Shown one piece after another: positions 15,212 to 24,110 of a stretch of DNA of 64,000 nucleotides (positions are counted from its first letter, which is position 1; the number at the start of each line of letters is the position of its first letter). The notes under the pieces are model-generated. The model was not told the DNA's origin. It worked only from the letters and a program-made list of their open reading frames with translations, and did no database searches. The DNA comes from Dehalococcoidia bacterium (GTDB taxonomy: Bacteria > Chloroflexota > Dehalococcoidia > Lucifugimonadales > CATQGZ01). The stretch covers positions 2,244 to 66,243 of the forward strand of contig CBDCXW010000005.1 in assembly GCA_965223945.1 (NCBI GenBank), read 5' to 3'. The position numbers were made by a program, and so were the translations under genes.

Positions 15212-16453
15212 ATGAAGATCGCCGTACTCACGCAGAACTTCGCGCCGGAGATGGGCGCGACGGCAACACGTCTGTACGAGCTGACCACCCGGCTGGCGTC
15301 CCGGGGGCACACCGTGACAGTGATCACGGCGATGCCCAACTATCCCACGGGGCGTGTATTCCAGAGCTACCGGGGCAGGCTGCGCGCCGAGGAGGAGATG
15401 GACGGCGTCCGCGTGATTCGGACGTGGATTCACCCGTCCGAGTCGTCGAAGCCCCTTCCCAGGCTTCTGAGCTACCTGTCGTTCATGCTGTCGAGCCTGG
15501 CGCTCGGTTGGAGGGGCCTGGGCAGGCAGGACGTCCTCCTGTTCGACAGTCCGCCGCTGTTTCTGGTCCCATCCGGCCTGGCGCTTGGCCGAATTGCGCG
15601 GGCGCGCGTCGTCATGAATGTATCGGACATCTGGCCAGACGCCGCCGAGCGTCTGCAGCTGCCGCTTGGCAGATGGACGCGGCGGCTCCTTCGGGGCCTC
15701 GAAGAAGCCGGGTACAGAAGGTCGGACGCGGTGACTACGACTACATGCACAGCCCGTGAACAGATCAGTCGGAGGTTCCCGCAGATAGACACGGCTGTCA
15801 TCTCCAACGGCGTTGACTTGGACCTGTTCCGTCCCTCCCTCAGAAATGAGGCTGTCCGCAGCTCGCTGGGAGTCGGTCCTGACGACTTCCTGGTGGGCTA
15901 CTGCGGACTGCACGGTCTGTTCCAGGGGTTGGAGGTCGTGGTCGAGGCTGCAGCCAGGCTCGCTGGGCGTCCAGGGATCAAGTTCGTCATGGTTGGCGAC
16001 GGACCGTCGAAACGGTCGCTCGTTTCGCTTGCGGACAGCAAGGGCGTGACCAATCTGCGTTTCGAGGACACAGTGCCGCGTCCCATGGTCGCGTCGATAC
16101 TGGCCTCCTGCGACGCCGCCGTGGTGCCGCTAGCGGCGGAGCTGCCGGGCACAATGCCGTCCAAGGTGTACGAGGCACTAGCGTCCGGTGTCCCACTGGT
16201 CGTCACCAAGGGATGTGAGGCGGAGGGTCTGGTCAATGAGCACGGCTTGGGACGTGTCTTCACCCCGCTCGACTCGGGAGAGCTCGCCTCAATCATCGTC
16301 GAGCTGACGGACAGTTCCGACAGCATCGATGAGATGAGCAAGAGGTGCCGGGAGCTGTCCGAACGGTTCGACCTGGACCGAATCGCCTCCCACGCCGAGG
16401 AGGTGTTGACGGCGGTATCGGAGGGCAGGCCGCTGCCGGCTTCCGGGCGCTGA
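15212..16453 (+). CDS. glycosyltransferase family 4 (WbuB-like)
   Basis: MKIAVLTQNFAPEMGATATRLYELTTRLASRGHTVTVITAMPNYPTGRV is typical of WbuB-type GT4 enzymes. C-terminal EX7E-like region PSKVYEALASGVPLV. Confidence 0.8.
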   Translation: MKIAVLTQNFAPEMGATATRLYELTTRLASRGHTVTVITAMPNYPTGRVFQSYRGRLRAEEEMDGVRVIRTWIHPSESSKPLPRLLSYLSFMLSSLALGWRGLGRQDVLLFDSPPLFLVPSGLALGRIARARVVMNVSDIWPDAAERLQLPLGRWTRRLLRGLEEAGYRRSDAVTTTTCTAREQISRRFPQIDTAVISNGVDLDLFRPSLRNEAVRSSLGVGPDDFLVGYCGLHGLFQGLEVVVEAAARLAGRPGIKFVMVGDGPSKRSLVSLADSKGVTNLRFEDTVPRPMVASILASCDAAVVPLAAELPGTMPSKVYEALASGVPLVVTKGCEAEGLVNEHGLGRVFTPLDSGELASIIVELTDSSDSIDEMSKRCRELSERFDLDRIASHAEEVLTAVSEGRPLPASGR

Positions 16454-16463
16454 GCTTCAAGGA

Positions 16464-18236
16464 ATGAACGCGATCTGGCGCGTATCGAAATACGGTTTTA
16501 ACTACCCCTGGCTCTTCGGCGGGGCCTACTCGATGAACGTCGCCTCGACGCTCTCCGCCCTGGCGGTCCCAGCACTCATAGGAAACGCGATAGACCGCGC
16601 CCTGGGAAGCGGCAGCCAGATGGAGGTCATGCTTGCCGGACTGGCAATCCTGGGCGCCGGACTGCTCCGCGGGGTTTTTGCATACGTGCAGATTTACCTG
16701 ACCGGCTGGATGACCGGACTGGTAGCGAGAGACCTCCAAGTCCGACTGCTCGACAGGCTCCAGCACCTCAGCTTCGGCTTTCACGACCGGCACCGGACCG
16801 GGGACCTTATGTCGAGGGCTACGGCCGACGTCGACGCGGCGGGTGAGTTCCTGGAGCGCGGCCTGATCCAGACAACTCGGACAGCACTATGGTTCGGCGT
16901 GGTTGCGGTCATCAAGCTGGTCACTAACTGGCAGCTGGCTTTGATAGCGATGGCGTTTCTGCCGCTGTCGACATGGGTGCTGGGGTCGCTCTCGATCAAG
17001 GCCGGCGATGCATTCACCAGGGCCCAGGTCGAGACCGGAAAGATGACGGCAGTGCTCCAGGAGAGCATCGTCGGGATGCGGTTGGCTAAGGCGTTCGGCG
17101 CCGCCTCTCACGAACGAAGAGGGTTCAGGTTGGCATCGGCCGAGGTCACCCGTGCTAACTATAGTGCCTACAAGATACAGCTCTCTCGCGTTACGTTGTC
17201 GACCCATCTGTTCATCGCGGCCGTGGGGGCGCTGCTCTGGTTTGGAGCGCGGGAGGTGGTGTTCGGTCGGCTCACCGAGGGGGAGCTGGCCATGTTCCTG
17301 CTGTACATGGCGCTGCTGCGCCAGCCTGTCCAGACAACCGGCTCGATCGTCGCGGTCTTCGCGGCGACCCGGGCCTCCGGGCGGCGGCTCTTCGAAATAC
17401 TGGATGCCGAGTCGCCCGTGCCGGAGCGCCCGGATGCGCGTCGAGTCGCCAGAACCCAGGGCCGGGTCGCGTTCGAGGGGGTCTCTTTCAGCTACGACTC
17501 CGACTCGGGAACACTCCATAACGTCGACTTCCAAGTCCAGGCGGGGCAGACGGTCGCTCTGCTTGGTGCGCCCGGGTCGGGCAAGACCAGCGTCGTCCAC
17601 CTAGTCCCAAGGTTCTACGACGCAACGTCCGGCCGGGTGACAGTTGACGGAGCGGACGTCAGAGACCTCAGGCTCACGGACCTCCGACGCAACATCGGCA
17701 TAGTGCTCCAGGACGTCTTCATTTTCGGAGCTTCATTCACAGACAACCTATCCTACGGGACCGAGGGAGCGACCGAAGATGAGATCAGGGAGGCCGCAAG
17801 GGTGGCACAGCTTCACGACTTCATCAAGGGCCTGCCCGATAAGTACGAAACGTGGGTCGGGGAGCGCGGCGTGAAGCTGTCCGGGGGCCAGCGGCAGCGG
17901 CTCGCGATAGCGCGCACCATCCTGATCGACCCAGCCATCCTGATACTCGACGACTCCACCTCCAGCGTCGACGTGGAGACGGAGCACAAACTGCAACAGG
18001 CGCTCGCGGAGGTGATAAAGGGACGCACGACCTTCGTCATCGCTCACCGCCTGTCGACGGTCCGCAACGCCGATCTCATTCTCGTGATGGACAGGGGTCG
18101 AGTCGCGGAGCGAGGCACGCACGCGGAGCTTCTGAGCGCGGGCGGACTCTACCGGCGCATCCACGACCTCCAGCTGGTCCCCCAGGACATGGACGCTCCT
18201 CTGATGGACTCGCTGCCTTCTCAGGAGAAGACGTAA
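16464..18236 (+). CDS. ABC exporter, fused permease/ATPase (MsbA-like, type I exporter half-transporter)
   Basis: 590 aa. Six-helix TMD followed by an NBD with Walker A GAPGSGKTS, signature LSGGQRQRLAIAR and Walker B ILILDD. Confidence 0.9.
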   Translation: MNAIWRVSKYGFNYPWLFGGAYSMNVASTLSALAVPALIGNAIDRALGSGSQMEVMLAGLAILGAGLLRGVFAYVQIYLTGWMTGLVARDLQVRLLDRLQHLSFGFHDRHRTGDLMSRATADVDAAGEFLERGLIQTTRTALWFGVVAVIKLVTNWQLALIAMAFLPLSTWVLGSLSIKAGDAFTRAQVETGKMTAVLQESIVGMRLAKAFGAASHERRGFRLASAEVTRANYSAYKIQLSRVTLSTHLFIAAVGALLWFGAREVVFGRLTEGELAMFLLYMALLRQPVQTTGSIVAVFAATRASGRRLFEILDAESPVPERPDARRVARTQGRVAFEGVSFSYDSDSGTLHNVDFQVQAGQTVALLGAPGSGKTSVVHLVPRFYDATSGRVTVDGADVRDLRLTDLRRNIGIVLQDVFIFGASFTDNLSYGTEGATEDEIREAARVAQLHDFIKGLPDKYETWVGERGVKLSGGQRQRLAIARTILIDPAILILDDSTSSVDVETEHKLQQALAEVIKGRTTFVIAHRLSTVRNADLILVMDRGRVAERGTHAELLSAGGLYRRIHDLQLVPQDMDAPLMDSLPSQEKT

Positions 18237-18239
18237 GAG

Positions 18240-19310
18240 ATGAGCACTCGACCAATCGTGCTGGACGACCGTCGGGATCAGAGGCTCTACGACCATAGCG
18301 TCGTCCTGCGGCTGGCGAAGTACCTGAGGGGGCATGGACGCCTCGTGACTATGGGCCTGGCCTCCATCTGCGTATATTCCGCGACCGTCGGCACACTGCC
18401 CTGGCTGGTCAAGCTGGTTGTGGACTCCTACGTCCAGGCACGGGACGTGTCCGCCATAGACCTGGCCGGGGCCGCGTATCTGATCATCGCGACGGTTCAG
18501 ATGGCCACGAGCTATTTTCACAGCCGCCTGAACGCCTTCGTAAGTCTGCAGATGATACAGAACCTCAGGGACGACGCCTTCGATCACATACACAGGCTTT
18601 CCATGTCCTTCTTCGACCGCAACGAGGCCGGACGAGTGATGTCGCGCGTGCAGAACGACACCAGGGAGGTGGAGGGCTTCGTCTCGCTTGCCGTCATGAG
18701 CCTGGCCGACATCCTGAGCATAGCCGGCATCGTCGCGGCGATGTTCATAATGAGCCCAGTGCTGGCGACTATCACCCTTCTCTTCGTGCCTGTCCTCATC
18801 GGAGGCACGTCGATCTGGCAGCGCCTGTTCCGGGAGCCGGTATCAGAGTGGAGACGCGCGTTTGCCGATGTCAACGCCCATCTCCAGGAAACCATATCCG
18901 GGATCAGGGTCGTCCAGAGTCTGAACAGGGAGCGCGATAACCTGCGGCGGTTTACCGGGGTCGCCAACGACAAGGTAGCCGCCCTGCTGAACATGATGCG
19001 GTACCGGAGCGTGCTGCTGCCGTCGATCACAGTCGTGCAGGCCCTTGGAATGGCGCTCGTAGTGACCTTCGGCGGCCTTCTGGTGCTGAACGGCTCCATC
19101 GGTGCGGGCGTCGTGATAGCGTTCGCGATCTACGTCGAGAGGTTCTTCGGGCCGCTCGGCAGCCTCCAGAACCGGTATGGCAGCCTCCACGGAGCGATGG
19201 CCGCGGGCTCGCGCGTCTTGAGCTCCTGGACATCAAGCCAGATATCTCAGACCCGCCCGGAGCCGCCAAGATGCCGCCCGTCAAGGGACAGGTCCACTTC
19301 GAGGGCGTAG
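18240..19310 (+). CDS. ABC exporter half-transporter, transmembrane-domain part of a frameshifted gene
   Basis: The TMD ORF runs normally to ...GSLHGAMAAGSRV (about 19217), then into out-of-frame sequence. The expected continuation LELLDIKPDISDPP is in the -1 frame. Confidence 0.7.
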   Translation: MSTRPIVLDDRRDQRLYDHSVVLRLAKYLRGHGRLVTMGLASICVYSATVGTLPWLVKLVVDSYVQARDVSAIDLAGAAYLIIATVQMATSYFHSRLNAFVSLQMIQNLRDDAFDHIHRLSMSFFDRNEAGRVMSRVQNDTREVEGFVSLAVMSLADILSIAGIVAAMFIMSPVLATITLLFVPVLIGGTSIWQRLFREPVSEWRRAFADVNAHLQETISGIRVVQSLNRERDNLRRFTGVANDKVAALLNMMRYRSVLLPSITVVQALGMALVVTFGGLLVLNGSIGAGVVIAFAIYVERFFGPLGSLQNRYGSLHGAMAAGSRVLSSWTSSQISQTRPEPPRCRPSRDRSTSRA

Positions 19311-20014
19311 GCTTCGAATACCAGCCCGCCGCCCCGGTGCTCCAAGACGTAGATCTGACCGTAGAGCCCGGACAGACCGTCGCGATCGTCGGTCCTACAG
19401 GCGCGGGCAAGACCACGCTCGTGTCTCTGCTGCTCAGGCTCTACGAAACTACGTCCGGAAGGGTCCTCGTCGACGGACACGATGTCCGACACGTCCAACG
19501 CGACTCCCTGGTACACCAGACCAGCATCGTGATGCAGGAGCCGGTGCTCTTCACTGGGACCATCAGGGAGAACATCCGATACAGCCACGATGAGGTGACA
19601 GACGAGGATGTAGAGCGTGCGGCGAGGGTCGTCGGAGCGCACGAATTCATCGAGAGGCTGCCTGGGGGCTACGATACGGAGCTCCAGGAGCGTGGCGGGA
19701 ACCTGAGCCTGGGTCAGCGGCAGCTGGTCAGCTTCGCGCGAGCCCTGGCTGCAGACCCCCGGATACTGGTGCTGGACGAAGCGACCGCGTACGTGGACAC
19801 CTACACCGAGATGCTGATTCAGCGGGGTCTTCGGGAGTTGCTGAAGGGCCGGACGTCTCTGGTTATCGCCCACCGGCTCTCGACGGTCCGTACTGCCGAC
19901 AAGATCGTGGTCATGGACCAGGGGCGGATAGCCGAGCAGGGGACACACGACGAGTTAGTCGCCGCAGGCGGCCTCTACGCCAGGCTCCTGTCGTTCAGCG
20001 AGGGCAATCGGTAA
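19271..20014 (+). CDS. ABC exporter half-transporter, nucleotide-binding-domain part of the same frameshifted gene
   Basis: Walker A GPTGAGKTT, signature LSLGQRQLVSFAR, Walker B ILVLDEATA. This frame stays open upstream of the ATG back to about 19202 and reads RVLELLDIKPDISDPPGAAK-type linker sequence. Confidence 0.7.
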   Translation: MPPVKGQVHFEGVGFEYQPAAPVLQDVDLTVEPGQTVAIVGPTGAGKTTLVSLLLRLYETTSGRVLVDGHDVRHVQRDSLVHQTSIVMQEPVLFTGTIRENIRYSHDEVTDEDVERAARVVGAHEFIERLPGGYDTELQERGGNLSLGQRQLVSFARALAADPRILVLDEATAYVDTYTEMLIQRGLRELLKGRTSLVIAHRLSTVRTADKIVVMDQGRIAEQGTHDELVAAGGLYARLLSFSEGNR

Positions 20015-20144
20015 GACACCGCCTGCTATCCGGCCAAGATGCCTTGTTGAGGGTTGACCGCCGTTGTAGAATGGGCGGCACATATCGGGCTACTTTCCCG
20101 TTCTATAGAACGACCCGCGCGTCAGCTTGCAGGAGGAATGCACA

Positions 20145-21296
20145 ATGGCTACCCGAAAACATGACCCCACTCTGGTCGTCATCCAGCTCAGCGGCGGCAA
20201 CGACTACCTCAATACCATCGTCCCGTTCAACTCCGGCGAGTACTACGACTACAGGCCCACGGTCAACATCGACGGCGACAGCGTTCTGCCCATCGACGAC
20301 GGCCACGGCTTCAACCCCAACATGGCCCCCATCAAGGACCTCTACGACCAGGGCAAGGTCGCCGTCATCAACGGCATCGGCTACCCCAACCCCAACAGGT
20401 CCCACTTCCGCTCCATGGACATCTGGCACACCGCCGAGCCCAACGACATCGCCACCGAGGGATGGCTCGGAAGGGCCACCAGGGACCTCGATCCCACCGG
20501 CGAGAACGTCCTCACCGCAGTCAACTTCGGCAGGGGTCTCCCAAGGGCCCTAGGCGTACGAGGCGTCCCCGTAGCGTCCGTCGGAAACCTCGAGACCTAC
20601 GGCCTCTTCCCTGACCTCAAGGACGAGATGCTCAGAAAGTACGCCCTCGACGCATTCGCCAAGATGTACGGCGGAGAACGCGGCAGGGACGCCGTCATGG
20701 ACTTCCTCGGCCAGACGGGCACCGACGCCCTCAAGGGCGCAGACCTCCTCAGGACAGCCCTCGACAAGTACTCCTCAAACGTAGAGTACGCTGCCAACCC
20801 CATCGCACAGAGCCTCAACGACGCCGCAAAGGTCATGTTCTCTGACCTCGGCACCCGCATCTTCTACACCCAGCAGGGAAGCTACGACACTCACTCAGGA
20901 GAGCTCGCCACCCACGCCTCCCTCATCGGTGACGTCTCCACAGCCGTCGCAGACTTCTACGACGACCTCAAGGAGCACGACCGCGAGGACGACACCCTCA
21001 TCCTCATCTTCTCCGAGTTCGGAAGGCGCATAAGGGACAACGGCTCAGGCACCGACCACGGCTCAGGGGGCGTCGCCTTCGTCATCGGCGGACAGGTCGA
21101 CGGCGGAATGTACGGCGAGTACCCGTCCATCAAGGAGGAGGACCAGCTCGAGGGCGACCTACACTTCAACAACGACTTCAGGTCCACCTACTCGACCATC
21201 CTCGACAGGTGGCTCCACCTCGACGCCGCTCCCATCGTCAACGGACAGTTCGAGCAGCACGGCTTCATCCACAACGGCGGAAACGGCAGGAGCTAG
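20145..21296 (+). CDS. DUF1501 domain protein (sulfatase/alkaline-phosphatase-like fold)
   Basis: LSGGNDYLNTIVP...YRP...GIGYPNPNRSHFRSMDIWHT and GTDHGSGG match the DUF1501 signature. ATG lies 9 nt after AGGAGG. No twin-arginine or other signal peptide is visible. Confidence 0.8.
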   Translation: MATRKHDPTLVVIQLSGGNDYLNTIVPFNSGEYYDYRPTVNIDGDSVLPIDDGHGFNPNMAPIKDLYDQGKVAVINGIGYPNPNRSHFRSMDIWHTAEPNDIATEGWLGRATRDLDPTGENVLTAVNFGRGLPRALGVRGVPVASVGNLETYGLFPDLKDEMLRKYALDAFAKMYGGERGRDAVMDFLGQTGTDALKGADLLRTALDKYSSNVEYAANPIAQSLNDAAKVMFSDLGTRIFYTQQGSYDTHSGELATHASLIGDVSTAVADFYDDLKEHDREDDTLILIFSEFGRRIRDNGSGTDHGSGGVAFVIGGQVDGGMYGEYPSIKEEDQLEGDLHFNNDFRSTYSTILDRWLHLDAAPIVNGQFEQHGFIHNGGNGRS

Positions 21297-21328
21297 AGGA
21301 CAGGACAGCACCGCAGGAGCATCGACCG

Positions 21329-22744
21329 ATGACCAGCCCAGACATCCAGCTGATGGCACACCTGATGAGGCGAGCGGGCTTCGGTGCCCCTCGGCACGAG
21401 CTCGACCAGCTCGTCGACAGAGGCTACGAGAACGTCGTCGAGGACCTCCTCCACCCGGGAGACGCACAGAACCTCCCGGACGACATCATCAGGCGCTTCC
21501 ACGTCGACCAGCACGAGCTCCGACAGCCCGACTCGGCCGCCGCGTACTGGGTCTACCGTATGGCCACCACCCAGTGCCCACTCGAGGAGAAGCTCACCCT
21601 CTTCTGGCACGGACTCTTCGCCACAGGCTACTCCAAGCTCAACCAGGCCAGGACTCACCTCAACCAGATCGACATGTTCAGGCGCCTCGGCCTGGGTAGC
21701 TTCCGGGACATCCTCGTCGAGCTCTCCAAAGACCCCGCCATGATCGTCTGGCTCGACAACCAGGACAACCACGACGGGGCCGTCAACGAGAACTACGGCA
21801 GGGAGCTACTCGAGCTCTTCTCCATGGGCATCGGCTCTTACTCCGAGCAGGACATCAAGGAGTGCGCGCGAGCCTTCACCGGCTGGACCCTCAAGAACGC
21901 CGAGTACATGGCCCAGCGGGCTATGAAGGACTCGATCTGGCCGTACGGCCGCATCTCATGGCACTTCGAGTACCGTGACCACGACCACGACGACGGTCCC
22001 AAGACATTCCTCGGCGAAACGGGCAACTTCAGCGGCGAGCAGATCGTCGACATCATCGTCAGGCAGGAGCCCACCGCTCGCTTCATCTCCACGCGCCTCT
22101 TCCAGTTCTTCGCCGCCGACGAGGTCGACGACGATGCCGAGGACACCATCCGGGAGATGATGAAGGCCTACTTCGACTCGGACTTCGAGATCAGGGCCGT
22201 CCTCAGGACCCTCTTCAACTCCGAGTACTTCAGGTCGGGAAAGGCCCGCTTCGCGCGTGTCAAGGGGCCTGTCGAGCTGGTCGTCGGAGCCCTCAGACTC
22301 GCGGGCATGTGCAGACAGCCCACCCTCGAAATCAACGACATCGCCAACCAGGCCTTCTTCATGGGCCAGGGCCTCCTCAATCCGCCCACCGTCGAGGGCT
22401 GGCACGAGGGCGTCGAGTGGATCAACTCCGGAGCCCTCGTAGACCGCGTCAACTTCGTCGCCAGGTGGCTCGGCGACACCTCCAACCCAGGCGTCCAGGC
22501 CATCATCGACCGGCTCGCCACCATGGACGGCGGCGTGCTCGCGCCTCAGGACCTCGTCGACGGATGCCTCGAGATGCTCGGGCCGCTCCACGTCTCGGGC
22601 GACGCGAGAGACGCCCTCCTCCAGGTCGCATCCGAGGACGGCGACGTCAACCTCGCCGACCGTCAGCCCGGCGACGACGCCGAGCAGCGCGTCGCACAGG
22701 TGCTCAGGCTCGCAGCCTCCTCCCGCGCCTACCAGCTCGCATAG
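21329..22744 (+). CDS. DUF1800 domain protein
   Basis: N-terminal HLMRRAGFGAP, LTLFWHGLFAT and MIVWLDNQDN are typical DUF1800 blocks. It is the usual genomic partner of DUF1501. Confidence 0.8.
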   Translation: MTSPDIQLMAHLMRRAGFGAPRHELDQLVDRGYENVVEDLLHPGDAQNLPDDIIRRFHVDQHELRQPDSAAAYWVYRMATTQCPLEEKLTLFWHGLFATGYSKLNQARTHLNQIDMFRRLGLGSFRDILVELSKDPAMIVWLDNQDNHDGAVNENYGRELLELFSMGIGSYSEQDIKECARAFTGWTLKNAEYMAQRAMKDSIWPYGRISWHFEYRDHDHDDGPKTFLGETGNFSGEQIVDIIVRQEPTARFISTRLFQFFAADEVDDDAEDTIREMMKAYFDSDFEIRAVLRTLFNSEYFRSGKARFARVKGPVELVVGALRLAGMCRQPTLEINDIANQAFFMGQGLLNPPTVEGWHEGVEWINSGALVDRVNFVARWLGDTSNPGVQAIIDRLATMDGGVLAPQDLVDGCLEMLGPLHVSGDARDALLQVASEDGDVNLADRQPGDDAEQRVAQVLRLAASSRAYQLA

Positions 22745-22755
22745 GCCTACGAAGA

Positions 22756-23754
22756 GTGGACTACCTGAAGACCATAGGGATCGTCAACAACGGCTCTAAC
22801 GGTCGAGGCTTTGCGAACCCCTACGACACCGCCCACGCACGCGACGGCCGCATCTTCGTCCTCAACAGGTGCGATGTCAGCAGGCGGGCCGCCATAAGGG
22901 TCGGCATCTGCAACCTCGACGAGGACTACCTCGGCGAGTTCGGATACGGCTTCGGCAACGCCGACGGGCAGCTCGCACAGCCCGTCGCAATGGCCTTCGA
23001 CAGCCAAGAGCGCCTCTACATCACAGACGAGCACAACAACCGGGTATCTATCTTCACTTCTGACGGCGACTTCATCCACAAGTGGGGCGCGCCGGGCAGC
23101 CGCCCCGGCCAGATGAACGGACCCTCTGGCATCGCCATCGACGCCGACGACAACGTCTACGTCGCCGACCAGCACAACCACCGCATCCAGAGGTTCTCCA
23201 CCGACGGCGAGTACATCGACGGCTGGGGAGAGCACGGTTCCCACATCGGTAGCCTCGACATGCCGTGGGGCCTCGCCGTCGACTCCCGCGGCGACGTCTT
23301 CGTCGCCGACTGGCGGAACGACCGCGTCCAGAAGTTCTCCCCCGAAGGCGCCCCGCTCGCCGTATACGGAACGTCGGGACGCGAGCAGGGACAGCTCAGC
23401 AGGCCATCGGCCGTCGCCATCGACGACCTGGGCCTCGTCTACGTCGCCGACTGGGGCAACGAGCGCGTACAGGTCTTCGCCCCCGACGGCTCTCCCGTAC
23501 AGCTCCTCAGAGGCGAGGCCACCCTATCCAGGTGGGCCAGGGACTTCTTCAACGCCAACCCCGACGAGTGGGTCACAAGAGACGTCGCGGACCTCCACCC
23601 GGACCTCCCCGACCACCTCACCGCACCGGACCACCAGTCCTCCCAGACCGAGGCCTACTTCTGGGGGCCCGTCTCCGTCAGGCTCGACCCAAATCAACGC
23701 CTGTTCGTCACAGAGACCAACAGGCACCGACTCCAAATCTACAACACCAACTAG
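22756..23754 (+). CDS. NHL-repeat six-bladed beta-propeller protein
   Basis: Repeated blocks of the type P.G.A.D..G..YV.D..N.R.Q.F...G (for example NVYVADQHNHRIQRFSTDGE and LVYVADWGNERVQVFAPDGS). GTG start assumed. The Arg/Pro-rich upstream extension of the ORF is rejected. Confidence 0.75.
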   Translation: MDYLKTIGIVNNGSNGRGFANPYDTAHARDGRIFVLNRCDVSRRAAIRVGICNLDEDYLGEFGYGFGNADGQLAQPVAMAFDSQERLYITDEHNNRVSIFTSDGDFIHKWGAPGSRPGQMNGPSGIAIDADDNVYVADQHNHRIQRFSTDGEYIDGWGEHGSHIGSLDMPWGLAVDSRGDVFVADWRNDRVQKFSPEGAPLAVYGTSGREQGQLSRPSAVAIDDLGLVYVADWGNERVQVFAPDGSPVQLLRGEATLSRWARDFFNANPDEWVTRDVADLHPDLPDHLTAPDHQSSQTEAYFWGPVSVRLDPNQRLFVTETNRHRLQIYNTN

Positions 23755-23765
23755 ACGGCAGATCG

Positions 23766-24011
23766 ATGTCTATCCGAACAATCATCGACTCCCCGCTGCC
23801 CTGGGCTATAGCAGGGTTCGCCATAGGACTCGCACTCGGCGTAACCGTCATATCCGCCTGGCTGGTAGCCGCCGGACTGATAATCTTCCTCGTCTACCTG
23901 TGGCGCCACGGCCCAGCCGACGACTCGACCGAAGGTCTCCTCATCGCCGCGGGTCCCATCTTCATGATGAGCTGGCTGGTCGGATTCGCCGTCCGCGGAA
24001 TCGCGTTCTAG
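23766..24011 (+). CDS. small integral membrane protein (3 predicted TM helices)
   Basis: 81 aa, hydrophobic segments WAIAGFAIGLALGVTVISAWLVAAGLIIFLVYLW and LLIAAGPIFMMSWLVGFAV. Lies 12 nt after the NHL gene. Confidence 0.5.
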   Translation: MSIRTIIDSPLPWAIAGFAIGLALGVTVISAWLVAAGLIIFLVYLWRHGPADDSTEGLLIAAGPIFMMSWLVGFAVRGIAF

Positions 24012-24110
24012 CACCTTTGCGGCCACCGAGAGAGCACGAGTGTCGGACCAAGCCATCCTGGCCCGGCGTCCGAGGCGCTCCCCAGATGAGTCCCGCCGGG
24101 GCCATTTGAC

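Noticed and set aside
22309-22755. Upstream 149-codon extension of the NHL-repeat ORF
   Set aside because: The Arg/Pro-rich low-complexity sequence overlaps the 3' end of the DUF1800 gene in another frame. NHL homology begins after the GTG at 22756.
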